A stretch of 64,000 bases of DNA from Malacoraja senta. Taxonomy: Eukaryota. Below are positions 12,401 through 26,600 of the stretch, piece after piece; positions within the stretch are counted from its first letter, which is position 1, and each line of letters begins with the position of its first letter. Under the pieces are notes generated by a model. The model was not told where the DNA came from, ran no database searches, and worked only from the letters and a program-made list of their open reading frames with translations. Both the position numbers and the translations under genes were made by a program. Location: positions 17,424,001 to 17,488,000 of the forward strand of contig CM075989.1 in the NCBI GenBank assembly GCA_038087875.1, read 5' to 3'.

Positions 12401-15400
12401 ACGGCAAACAAACTTCCACCGGCCTCTATCTCCTACTTCAAGCCAATTTTACATCTAATTGGATAGCTTCCCTTGGATTCTGTGATCTAACCTTCCAGAA
12501 TACCCTGTGTTGAGGTATCTTGTCAAAGACCTTGCTAAAGTCCATGCAAACATCAACCGCACTGCCCTCATCAGTCTTTATCGTCACCTCTTCAAAATAA
12601 TCAAATTTATGTGGCATGATTTCCCAAGCACAAAGCCATGCTGATGATTTCTGATCAGTCCTTGTCTTTTCAACTGCTGGTAGATCCCAGCTCTCAGAAT
12701 CCCCTCCAATAATGCACCCTCTACTGATCGTGGGTTCTTCGGTCTGTAGTTCCCTGCTTTTCCTTGCCGCCTTTCTTAAATATTAATCGTACAAATATCT
12801 GTCTGGGGCCCAGCAGTTTCTTCCTTATCTTCCCACAATGTCGATAGAATGTGCTTGATCAGGTCCCAGGGTTTTATATACCTTCATGTAATGGAAGCCC
12901 TCTCGCACCTCCTCTTCTGTAATGTGGGGTCTTTTCAAGACATCACTATTATTGTCCCAAGTTCCCTAATAATCTGAGCCTTTCTCCACTGTGAATACAG
13001 ATGAAAAATATTAATTCGATACATTATATATCTCCTGTGGCTCCACATAGATGACTTCATTGAACTCTAAGGGCCCTTTTCTTTTTCTATTTACTCTTTT
13101 GCCTTTAATATACTTGCAAAATCGCTTTGGATGTTCCTTCCTCTTATCTGTCAAAGTGATCTCCTGTCCCCTTTTTGCCCTCTTGGTTTCCCTCTCAAGT
13201 GTACTCCCACATCTCCTATACTCTTCAAAGGATTCACGGTCTGAGCTGCCTATATCTGACTCTTTTTTCCCGGATGTTCAACACTTTAACTCCCCTTCCC
13301 ATTCCCACACTGACCTTTCTGTCCTGGGCCTCCTCCATTGTCAGAGTGAGGCCCAGCACAAATTGGAGGAACAGGAACAGCACCTCATATTTCGCCTGGG
13401 TTGCTTACACCCCAGCGGTATGAACATTGACGTCTCTAACTTCAAGTAGCCCTTGATCTCTCTCTCTCTCCATCCCACCCCTTCCCAGTTCTCCGACCAG
13501 TCTTACTGTTTAGGACTACATTTTATCTCTGTACCGCCCACTCCCCTGACATCAGTCTGAAGAAGGGTCTCGACCCGAAACGTCACCCACTCCTTCTCTC
13601 CAGAGATGCTGCCTGTCCCACTGAGTTACTCCACCATTTTGTGTCTTTCTTTCTCTTGACCAGAGCCTCACCATCCCTTGCCATCCAGGGTTCCCTACTC
13701 TTGTCAACGCTGCTCTTCACTCTAACAGGAACATGCTGGCTCTGAATTCTCCTTATCTTTAAAAATGTCCCACTTGCCAGAGATCCCTTCCAGAGCTAAT
13801 GTCTTTCTATCGGCATAGGTACCGTCCTTCTGCCCACGAGCTGCTGTACAGTCGGCTCCCTGAAATCATGGCAAAATATGAAGCAACTCCAATCGAGGAG
13901 GAAGAGCCAGGGACAGGCGTACAACGTGGCCTGACTCACAAGAGGAATGGACGCACAGCCCTTTATTATTTCTGCATGTCTGATCTGGAGCTCTTCCCTA
14001 TTGAAGGGCTGCCTGCAAAGATTAAAATTGGACAGGTGAGTATAAGTAAAACATTCTTAATATAAAGACTCAAGGACACACGGGCAGGTGGAACCTGTGG
14101 GCCAAACACAAGTTCATCCAGTGTCTGTTTCCGTGCTGTATGACTCTATGAATCTCTATTTCAGTTCAGTTTACATGTTGCCATGTATACCGAGGTACAG
14201 TGAAAAGCTTTTTTTGCGTGCTAACCAGTTAGTGGAAAGACAATACATCATTGTGATTGAGCCATTCACAGTGTAAGGGAATAATGTTTAGTGCAAGGTA
14301 AAGCCAGTAAAGTCCGATCAAAGATAGTTCTAGAGTCACCAATGAGAGGCAGATAATAGTTCAGGACTGCTCTCTAGTTGTGCAGAGCAATGAGAGAAAA
14401 TCATATTTTATAAATTATAAAGGTGACTTTTTTATCATGCAAAATTAACAAAAGTTTAAGAATTAGTCAACTTTAACAAGTGTACGATTGACTGAATCGC
14501 AAATGAATGCAGAAAGCAGAGGAGAAATATCGAGACAAAAAGCTGGAAGTGAATGCCGTGGAGGTGGTGTTTGTTGCTTAGCCACCAGGTGGAGCCCTGC
14601 GTCAGGGAGTGTGCGAAATGTCCAGACTCTTTCAGTCGTTGTTTGCTCTTTCACCAGTAGAGGAGGAAATGGCTCCGTTTTAGACTCCATGCAGACCCCT
14701 ACCCTGGTCTGTGGTTTTCATGAATTATTTTGCTGCTGTACTTAGTGTGAATTTCATGAATAATTTATACGTAAAAAAGATTTTGCATTTCTTTTGGCCT
14801 CCTGAATTGGTTGAAAGTTGATTACTTTGGGATGTGCCACACAGCTATGAATGCAGAGTAGCTGGTGAAAAATCTCTGGAGAAGTATTACTCTAAATTTA
14901 GCTGTAAATAATCTAGCTCGTGGCACACGGACTCCAGGATAGAGTTGCCAATTCAGATTGGAAGAATTCATGGAGGTTTCTCCATATGACTCTGTCTCCA
15001 ATCTAAATGACTATCACTTCCATTCCTAATATTTTACAACCAATGCAATAAAGAATTTAAAGGAAAGAAAATTACACACTTTTTAACTCATTGAGGCTGT
15101 GGCCTCTAGTCCTAGACTCTCCCACTAGTGGAAACATCCTCTCCATATCCACTCTATCCAGGCCTTTTACCATTCGGTGAGTTTCAATGAGGTGTCCCCT
15201 CATCCTTGTAAACTCCAACGAGCACAGGCCCAGTGCCATCAAATGCTCATCACATGTTACCCCAATCATTCCTGGGATCATTCTCGTAAATCTCCTTTGG
15301 ACCCTCTCCAACGCCAGCATATCCTCCCTCTAATATGCGGCCCAAAACTGCTCACAATACTCCAAATGGGGCTACCCTTTTTATGGTTGTGAGGGTGACA

Positions 15401-18400
15401 GAAGGCCAATGCCAAGCTTCTGTGGCGGATCTATCACAAGAAGGTTGATATCGCACCAGCTGGAGGTCTGAGAGTAAGTGGCAGTTCAGAATTAAATAGA
15501 ATGATTGAGGAGAGGCTGCCCTTGCTTTAAATGGGATTCCTTTGAGTGAATGCTGTGTTCTTGGGCTGTTGATCTCCTCTCTGCCCTTAAGAATTACAAG
15601 TTAGCAGAAGCACGGGCATTTTGCTGTTTATATTACTTTATTATTGTTAACCTTTCATCCTTTGCCCAACAAATATGTCAGCACAAAAACATTTGGTTGG
15701 GAAAAGCAAACGCCAGGAGGTCAGGGGTGGCAAACATTAGTTTCCAGATCACAACTCAAACTGGAACAGGAATGTAATATTCACTCTGCCTTCTGTGAAC
15801 TTTAATGATGTGCCTGTGAGAGTGGGAGTTCTTACAACAAGGAACATCTAAAGAAAACTCGGACTTACATTTTGGTTTATTGTGTTACTTGACATATAAA
15901 AAGACACCAAGGAGAAATGTGTCTTTAGCTACCTGTGGGAGGTTCACACAACTAGCAGCCAAGGCTCCTGCGTGTATTAAGTGCTGACGATCAAAAGTGG
16001 TTTTCTCTCCCATTATTTGATGTGGTTTCCTAAAGTTATGAATGAATCCATGGGTCACAGTCCCCTATTTTGTGTCTATCTTTGGTGTAATCCAGCATCT
16101 GCAGTTCCTTCCTCCACCTTGTGTATATGGCTATTCCAGTTAAACGTCTGGCCAATGGCAATTCCCACGATATTGATAGTGGGGATTCAGTGATGCCATT
16201 GAATGTCAGGGGGTGAGAGCTGGATGTTTTGTTCTTGTTGGAAGTCGTTATTGCCTGACACTTACAACATAGAACAGTACAGCACAGGAACAGGCCCTTC
16301 AGCCCCCAAGGTCTGTGCTGAACATGATGTCAAGACTAAGACTTGTGTGGCACAAATGTTACTTGCTACCCATCTACCCAACTTGAAACATTGCCCCTCT
16401 CACCTTAAAACTATGCCTTCTCGTCCTTGATATTTCTACCCTGGAGGAAAAAATTCCTGACCATCTACCCTACGTATGCATCTCTTAATATCATAAATGT
16501 CCACGAGGTCTCCCCTCAGCCTCCGACGCTCCAGAGAAAACAATCCATGTTTGACCCACTTCTGCTTGGAGCTAATTCCCTCTAATCCAGGCAACATTCT
16601 GAAAAACTCCGCTGCCTCACAGCGCCAGGGACCCGGGTTCAAATCTGACTATGGGTGCTGTCTGTACGGAGTTTGCACGTTCTCCCTCTGACCGTGTGGG
16701 TTTCCTCCGGGTGCTCCGATTTCCTCCCACATTCCAAAGACATGCAGGTTTGTAGGTTAATTGCCCTCTGTAAATTGTCCCTAGAGTGTAGGATAGAACT
16801 AGTGTACAGGCGATCGTTGGTCGGCGTGGACTTGGTGGGTCAAAGGGCCTATTTTCATGGTTTATCGCCAAACTAAACAAATTATCTGTTACAAAAGTCT
16901 CTTTGGAATCATATGGTGCAACACAATTGTAAAAGCTAACTGTCTCGGGACTGGGCGAGGGATGGTCAAGAGTAGAAATAATGATCTCCTTACTTCTTTA
17001 TTTTTTATTTTTTACTCTCTTTTCCCCATTTTCTTTTCTTTAACTTTCTTCTTTCATTCTTTTTTCTTCTTCTTCACACACTATATATTTCACGTTTTTC
17101 TATACTTTATTATCTAATTTATTTTTCTTATTCTTCTTTATTATAATAAAAAAATAAGAAGCTGTACATAAAATGTATTATGAAAATATATATTAGGCAC
17201 TTTGGTGCCATATGATTGTACTTCTAATAAAATTAAAATATTTATTTTAAAAAAAAGTCTCTTTGACCTGATCAGTTTTGAGGTATTGGAGGTATCCAAT
17301 GATCCTGCTACACCATTCAGAAATTAACTTGAATTTTGTTTTACTTTCGAGACCAAACCAGTCGCATTCCAGATAAATAGTCATATTTTTTTAAATCATT
17401 AAACTATCAAAATTATTTCATGTTTGAGAGCCTGTGCCTTAACTAGCTTCACAAAGGCCAGTGATATTTTTGAAATATGTAGATAATAATGTCACCAATT
17501 GCTCGGTGCAATGCAAATTCTCTATCCATGCTGACCATTTAATGAGCCAGCTCTTGGAGTTTAATGAGCAGCACTTAGTCAAATGGTTTCTGATGTGAGA
17601 TTTATCAGAACTCCAGCACTTTGTCAAATTGGTGATGAATGCTTTTCCCTTTTGAGAAGTCTCTTGATCCAATTCCTCAAATTCTTTACATACATAAATT
17701 GTGAAAAATCAGATTTAATCCAATTGATCAATTATTTTAAAACATAGTGAAATACTGCAGCATCTCTGGATTAATCAGAAATTAAATTTGTTTTTTAGAT
17801 TATTGATGAAAAGATTTCCTTCTCTTTAATGATTCAGAACATTGGTGGATTCAAGCCCAGCTTCAGGGCTTGAGTTCATAACCTATATTGACACATCAGT
17901 AAAGTACTGAAGGAGTTCTACAATGTTGGAAAAGGCTTTTTTGTTCTGGCTAACATGCAAAAATGGTTTGTGCGTTTGTTTGTATAGAACCCATAATGTC
18001 AGACGTGTTTTGGATGTTAAACATTTGGAGATTGCTCTATGCGTTGCATTTTCTATCTTGTACTGGTGATAACTTCACCAGCTGCATAACTCTTAGAAAC
18101 ATCCGAAGGTCATGAATTCTTAATTCATATATAAATAAGGGTGGCGCAGTGGCGAAGAGTTGTTGCCTTCATCCCATTGAGTCTGCGCCGACCAGCAATC
18201 ATCCTGTCCACTCGTGCTATCCTACACAATAGGGACTATTTAAAATTTACAGAAGCTAATTAACCTACAACCCTGTACATCTTTGGATTGTGGGAGGAAA
18301 CCGGAGCACCCGGAGAAAGCCCATGTGATCATAGGGAGAATGTACAAATTCTGTACAGACAGCACCTATAGTCAAAATCAAGCCCGGGTCTGTGGTGCTG

Positions 18401-21400
18401 TAAGGCAGCAACTCTACCGCTGCGCTATTGTGCTGCCCTATATGTGCCTTGTCCAGCATCTGAAGTATGCATCAAGAGAAAGTTGCTCTTTGTTATTGCA
18501 GTTAGATACATATACAATGCAGAATTGTCTGAATGTGCCCAGATTTAATGGAAATCCCAGTTGTTTTATGGTTCGTGAAACTTGGTTACTCACTGTTCAC
18601 AGTACCTAACGTGACATACAAAAATAATCTTGGAATGCTTTGGGTGTAAGTTCCAGTTTAAGGCTGAAGAAAAGTTTACCCTGTCACTGTGTCCATTCTA
18701 GATCGCTGTATCTGACAAGCACATGATAGCAGTCACTGCAGATCGAGCAGTGTACACATGGGGAATCAATCTGAAAGGCCAGCTTGGTCATGGAGATCTG
18801 CAATCACGTTCACGACCTCAGCTGGTGGAAGCCCTCAAAGGAAAGTTTATTGCCAGGTAATAAAGTTTACGAGCATAAAGTTCAGAGGCTCTGGACCAAG
18901 GCAGCCTGTGAAGGGAAAGGACATTAATGGCAGATTTATCTCCTTGTCTCTGATAGTTGTGCATTTTGTGCTGTTCAGCACGGTGAAAGTTCGCCGTGTT
19001 TCAGCAGAGTATTGTTTACTAATTTATTCCTTCTTCAGTATTTCCCCTGTTAGATTAATCTCACACCACTGAAACAGTTTTATAAGTAAATGCCTTTCCA
19101 TTCCTGTTATGTTGGTAATTGTTGGATTCATAAAATTGACATTTTTTTTCAACAATAGAGACTTTGAATCCTGTTAAAAACTGAGTCTAAGAGATGAGAT
19201 TCCTCCTAGTAGGCAAAGCAGATCAATTTCAAAAGACGTGGTCTACGTTTTTGGACCTATTACAAGCATGAGGTGCAATAGTAATTTAGAAAAACAAATA
19301 AATAAATAAAAGGTATCTGGACCTGGTAATGGGAGGTAAAATAAAAATAGACTTGGTTGGTAGTTCCTTCTCTATGAAGTATGGTATAAGAGTCATAATA
19401 GAGCGATTGTTCCTTCTTTCTTTCTCTTTTTTTTCTAGGGTCTATTTTCTAACTTTACTTCCTTCTCTAACCTCTTTTCTAAGGGGCTTTCTTTTCCCAA
19501 CACTCTTTTGCACTTCACAACCTTTGCGCACTTTCTTCACTTTTCTTACTTCTTTCTTTTTCTTTCTTAAAGTTTAAAAAAGTGAAGCGGTACAAAAAAT
19601 GTATTAATATATACGTGTTGTACATTACTGTAATCTACCGTACTTCTAAAAAATAAAAAATAAAAAAAAAAAAAAAAAAAAAAAAAACTGAGTCTAGAGC
19701 TCAAACAGAATATTTGACAGAATGATGTCGTTAAGTTCTATGGTTTGAAGTGTTAGTCAAAGTGGAGAGACCTCCTCTCATTTTCATTACTGGGTGTGTA
19801 GTTTGAATTTACTAGATATGTTCCTTATCGCAAAAGAGTTTCCAATCTACTGATTGACCTTAATTATGAGTACTGGAGAAAGAGAATTAAAGTCTGAGGT
19901 ATGAGGAGGAATAACATGCTGTGTTTCAAGAACACGAGAAAGGTCTTTAACAATATTAAAATACTAGAACAACATGGATAAGAACAATTTAGAGGGATAT
20001 GGGCCAAACGCGGGCAGGTGGGGTTAGTGTAGATGGGGCAACTCAGTCGGCCTGGGAAATATAGGTCTGTTTCCATGCTGTATGACTCTATGACTCTAAG
20101 TCTAACCCACTACAGATTGCTGGGTGAAGATGATTAAGGTCTATTGCTAGATTGTCAAAAGCTAAAAGTGTGGATTAATTCTATGGGGACAATCAGATTT
20201 GGAAAATGGTCATGGGAAGAGAGAGATGATCATGTATGAGTAGGCGAGGTTGTAGGGTAAATCCGTGAGATATTAAGAGACTTAAAAAGTGGGAAAGAGG
20301 AGCTTGTGTTTTTATTAATAAAATGGTGGGAGGAAGCCTTTGCATGAGTATTTCTGATTGTGCGTACACACATGCAGGAGATAATGAATCAGAATTCATC
20401 TTTGACAGTAATACAAATTAAGGAGTAATGCAAGAACCCTCCAGTTACCCATCCTGCTTTATTTGAAGACACTAGAGTGGATGTTATAAAAATCTGAATG
20501 TTAAAAAAAATGCTGGAGTAATTCAGCAGGTCAGGCAGCATCTATGGAGGAAAAGAGTAGATGACTTTTCGGGTCGGAACCCGACTTCAGACATATCAGA
20601 AACATCACCTATTCTTTTTCTCCAGAGATGCTGCCTGACCCACTGAGCACACCAGCGTTTTGTGTCTATCTTCGGTATAGACCAGCATCTGCAGTTCCTT
20701 CCTGTGTATTTCATGCTGAATGTTATTTGGAGAAGGTGACAGGCTGATGATATGCTCGTTTTGCACGACTATCCAAATAGAAATTGTGCCCCAAGATTAA
20801 ATTCTTTACTGTCTGAAGAAGGGTCTCGACCTGAAACGCCACCCATTCCTTCTCTCCAGAGATGCTGCCTGTCCCGCTGAGTTACTCTACCATTTTGTGT
20901 CTATCTTCAGTTTAAACCAGCATCTGCAGTTCCTTCCTACACATTAAATCCTTTACTCTTCCTCTTTAACGATTGTAAGGAATGTTTTCCCAGGGCCTGT
21001 GCTGGAGAAGGATTCAGTGTGTTTGTCAGTGACAATGGAATTGTAATGACCTCTGGAGATGGAGCCCAAGGCTGCTTGGGACACGGCGATCTCTTCAGCA
21101 CCTCCAGACCGTGTTTGATTGAAACCCTGCTTGGCGTAAACGTCCAGGTCATTGCCTGCGGTCGACACCATGTGGTCTGTGTCAGCGGAGACGGCGAGGT
21201 GAGCAACCTGTATTTTTCTTTCCTTGCAATCCTTGCAGTCGTTAAAGATGAAGAGTCAGAAGTTTGAGTATAGTTTTGAGCAAGGGGAAGCCTTCACAGA
21301 AAGGATTGCCTGTCGGTTCTACAATAAGTGTCGTTTTACTGCTGGTCTCCATTGATGATTATTGCTGTTCACCACCAGTGAGATCAATGTGATGAAGAGT

Positions 21401-23615
21401 AAGAAAGGAAGATGCTTCTAGGATGTAGAGCTGGCAAAGGTTATCCAGGCAGGGTAGGACATGACCACAGAGAGATTTGGAAATGAGGCAGAAGACTTTG
21501 AAGATATAGCTGAGTCAAGTGGAAGCATAAGTAATATATAGTGCAACACTTTAAACGTACATATCTCATATTGTTTAAATTTGTTGCCGTTCATTTTCCC
21601 GCACCTGAGCAGAACTCTGAAGTTAAAGTGCAGGATGATTATAAACAGACAAACATCATAAACAGCTGCTGAGCAGATGCTGTGGACACTGAAGCAAAGG
21701 TGGAGGCGTCTAGATTGATCTTGGGCTACCTTGTCATATGGTTCAAGTAAAGGTGGGCAAAAACCATTGCACTGTGCTGGATACTGCAAGATCTGACAGA
21801 AACAGAAGAGCATGTAATGTTATGATGAGGAACATGTGCCTGCAATAGAAATCACGCAATAGTTATTTTGCTAGGCAGAGAGGTGGGGTTACCTTGCAAA
21901 ATCAATAAAAGCACATGCACTCAGGTGATTGCAAACTACTGCACATTTAATAAAAGATTATAGAAATTAATAAAATGTGAACAGCCTCATTTTGTGCTAC
22001 TTTCTTGTTTATGATGGGTATGAATATTCTATGGTATTGTTAGTGATATCAGATGATAACACCAGGAGGATTGTAAAGGAAGGAACTGCAGATGTGGGTT
22101 TAATCCGAAGATAGACACAAAAAGCTGGAGTAGCTCAGCGGGTCAGACAGCATCTCTGGAGAAAAGGAATGGGTCTGAAGAAGGATCTTGACCTGAAACA
22201 TCGCCTATTCCTTCTCTCCAGAGATGCTGACTGACCCACTGAGTTCAAGTTCAAGTGAGTTTATTGTCATGTGTCCCTGATAGGACAATGAAATTCTTGC
22301 TTTGCTTCAGCACAACAGAACATAGTAGGCATTGACTACAAACAGATCAGTGTGTCCAGATACCATTCTATAAATATATATACACACATGAATCAATATA
22401 CTGATAAAGTGCAAATAACAGTTAATTGGCTAATAAAGTTCAGTGTTTTGTCCGAGCCAGGTTTAATAGCCTGATGGCTGTGGGGAAGTAGCTATTCCTG
22501 AACCTGGTCGTTGCAGTCTTCAGGCTCCTGTACCTTCTACCTGAAGGTAGTAGGGAGATGAGTGTGTGGCCAGGATGGTGTGGGTCCTTGATGATACTGC
22601 CAGCCTTTTTGAGGCAGCGACTGTGATAGATCCCCTCGATGGAAGGGAGGTCAGAGCCGATGATGGACTGGGCAGTGTTTACTACTTTTTGTAGTCTTTT
22701 CCTCTCCAGGGCGCTCAAGTTGCCGAACCAAGCCAGCATTTTGTGTCCAACAACAGGAGGATTGAGTGATATAATGGACCGCGTTGTTACACTGCCAAAA
22801 AGTAGCTGTGTTTAATGCTGTTCTCTTCCTTTGAGGCAACTATATATAAATGCCTTGTCCAGCACACTCTGCATTTGGCATTGTATTCCAGGGGTTAACT
22901 TTCCAAGAGTACTTTTAAACATTGCTCAATTCTCTTATCTGAAGTGACAGCTTAATGCGTGTTTTCAAATAAACAGGAATGACAATGCTCAAGCCTTTCC
23001 ATTCATTAACCTTAATTTCTGTGCCCAAGTTACTGATTTGTGTTCCACTGCACACTACGAGTATTGGATCATAAAATTTGCTCCATAATTTCCATGTTAC
23101 CATGAATGTTCAATGGGATTATTGATGCTATTATATACCTCGATGGGTTCCAATTCTCTGCTGGTTCCATTTATTCTGTTCGCTGGAGTTATTGCCATTC
23201 TTACGCTGAAGATAATGGGCAGATTTATTATCTACTGGACAGGCTGTAAAAACCAGCCTACCATCTTCATGTTTTGTGAAGTTATTGGTTTTATATTCAT
23301 CACTTGAATGATTCTTCCCAAAAGCATTATGATAGCAATCTGAATTTATCATAGAAATTCTCTCTACCAATGCACTCACTGACAAACGCACTTTCACACA
23401 TTCACACACGTGCACGCACACGCACACACACACACACACACGCACACGCACACGCACACGCACACGCACATACACACACACACACACGCACACGCGCACG
23501 CGCACACGCACACGCACACGCACACGCACACACACACACACATACACGCACACACATAACACACATACACACACACACGCACACACACACGCACACACGC
23601 ACACACACACACACA

Positions 23616-23656
<41 letters not shown>

Positions 23657-26600
23657 CTCTGTTGCTCATTGTTGTTCATTCATGCACAATGTGCAGAGAC
23701 ACACATGAACCTGCAGACCCTCACACATGCCATAGTCATATACACTCACACACATATACAAGCATGTTCTCTCTCACACATGCATGCTCACCCACTAACT
23801 CATTGCCTCATGTACACATGCCCTTAGCACATGCACTTGCAAGTGATATACACGTATCTCAAATAAACATTTTTATTTATGAACACTCTAAAACATACAC
23901 GAATACACACGCACACAAAATCTTTCCTTTACACACTCACTCTCACTCACTCACTCACACTCACTCACGGTGTGCACACACACACACAGTAATTCTCTCT
24001 CTCTATCTGTCACATAAGTGTAGAGGGTAGAGCATGCCTGGAACACACTGTTGTGGATGATGCTGGAACATGGTGCTGGGGTGGAGGCGATATTTGATAG
24101 TGGCATTTAAGAGGCATTTGGATAGGTAAGTGGATATGCAGGGAATGCAAGGAAATGGATTATGTGCAGACAGATAAGAGTTGATCTTGGCATCATGTTC
24201 AGCACGGACATTGTGGGCTGAAGGTCCTGTTCTTGTGCAGTACTGATTCATATCTAGGTTCCTACCCAAAGCCAGTGAATGTTGGATATGGTCACTAAAT
24301 GAAAGGGTAAAATCTTGAAAGAGCTGAGAAATAAGCAGATAAGCAGAAGTTTACATTAAATGTGGCCTCCCTCTACGCTGAAATACCGATGGCTCTGTCA
24401 AAAGTGGATTATTTCACATTTTATTTTGGGTCTGTGAAAATGAAGTATGAAACCACGTAGTGTAATATATCTATTGACTGTGGGTCCTGAATTTGTCTCG
24501 GCATAAATCTGAACATCACAGCTAATTGACTCGCTCTGGAATAACTGAATTGAACTCAGTTCAAGATCCGTCCACTTCTAAACATGGCTACTGTTTTTTG
24601 AAACAATGAAATTCAGCTGTTTCATTGTGTTCCAGGTGTTTTCTTGGGGCAGTGGAAAATTTGGCCAACTGGGGCTTGGGAATGACGTCAATAGCTCCTT
24701 GCCAGTGAAAATAACTTTTGAGGAGCAGATCTTTGTAAAAGACGTGAAATGTGGCTTAGATGGAACCATGTTTTTAACAGGTATGTACATGACAAGATTC
24801 AATTATTATATCTCAACCATTTAATGACACTTAAACCATTACATGTATCCAAAACAGCAATTTTCTAATAGAATCAAAGTACCAGCTCAAAGTGAAAGTA
24901 TTAGGGGCGGCACTGTAGCACATTGGTAGAGTTCCTGTCCTACAGCACCAGAGACCCGGATTCAATCCTGACTATGGGTGTTGTTTGTACAGAGTTTGTA
25001 CGTTCTCCCTGTGACTGCGTGGGTGCTCCGGTTTCCACCCTGCCGCCATATAAAGGAAAGACCTATATTTTTATTTTGAATGGATGAGCCCTTCTCCTGT
25101 TATAGTTCAACCGAAGAACAGTTTTAGCTTTGCAGTTAGCACTTCTTGAGAATCTTATTCTGTGCTCAATAGATAGCGGTGGCCCTCTGGCCTGTGGTAA
25201 TAACCAATACAATAAACTCGGCTTGAATGAAAGACGAGGCCTTCTCATGCAGATGACAACGCTGTTTGCAAGAGTGAGTATATTTCATCCTTCGATATTC
25301 TACTTAGTGTTATAGACAAAGTAGCTACAGATATTTCATGCATGGTCAGATTCTTTTTAATTCGTGCATGATATGAAAACTATTCCTTTCGGCCAAAAGG
25401 CATGATTGAGTTCATTTTCAGTGACCTCTGACTGCTGTAAATCTACACCTGAGCATTTCTAAGAGCGCTGTTCCATTCACAAACTGCTGTATGGTAAGGA
25501 TAGGGTTTCTTTCAGAACAGTAGCTGTGAGCAAATTTTGAAATCTACTCCCATGTTTGCTTTCTGTGGATCAGCAGAGCTAAGCTTCCTACTTCACTGGT
25601 CAAAGGAATGCACAGAGCTATTGACGGGAGAGGGGGGGGGGGGGGGATAGGGATTCATGATGGATTGTTGAGCACAGAATTACGCAGTGAAGGTATAATG
25701 GCTGAAAACTATGTGGGCGGAACAGTGGCGCAGCAGTAGAGTTGCTGCCTTACAGCTCCAGAGACCCAGATTTGATCCGGACTATGGATGATGTCTGTAT
25801 GGAGCCTGTACATTCTCCACGTGATCGTGTGGGTTTTCTTCTGGTGTTCCAGTTTCCTCCCACGTTCAAAAGACGTGCAGGTTTTTAGGTTAATTGGCTT
25901 CTGTAGACATTCGGAAATATCCAAAGATCGACACAAAAATCTGGATTAACTCAGCGGGACAGGCAGCATCTCTGGAGAGAAGGAATGGGTGACGTTTTGG
26001 GTCGAGACCTAATCAGGCCTAGGAGACTTATCTACCTCATATGCCCTTAGGACGTCTAGTACCTCCTCAACCATAATACAGACTGTCCTCAAGACATCTC
26101 CAGTAACTGTCCCAAGTTCCCCAGTCTTCATATCTTTCTCCTTGTTAAAAGTAGAGGATAAATACTCATTGCCCATCTCCTGTGGCTCCACACAAAGATG
26201 ACCACTCCAGTTTCTAAGTGGCCCCATTCTCTCTTTAGTTACCCTCTTTCCCTTAAGGTACGTCAAATCTCTTAGGATTTTCCTTAATATTATCTGCCGG
26301 AGCTATCTCTGCCCCCTTTTTGACCTCCAGATTTCCTTTTTATGTATGCTCCACAGTTCCCAAAACTCCTCCAGGGATACACTTGATCACAGTACCCATA
26401 CCAGGCCATGCCTCCTTCTATTTCCTAACCAAATTTTCTTGCCATCCAAGCTTATTTACTCTGACCTGCCTTGCCCTTCATCCTAACTGGAACATGCATG
26501 GCCTGAACTCTTGACATCACACTTTTAAAAGCACCCCACTTTCATTGCCCCCAAACAACCCCCATTGCCCCCAAACAACCTACTCCAGTCAATGTTTAGC

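Noticed and set aside
23131..24030. Cys/Val- and His/Thr-rich ORFs
   Set aside because: They are translations of the (CA)n microsatellite.
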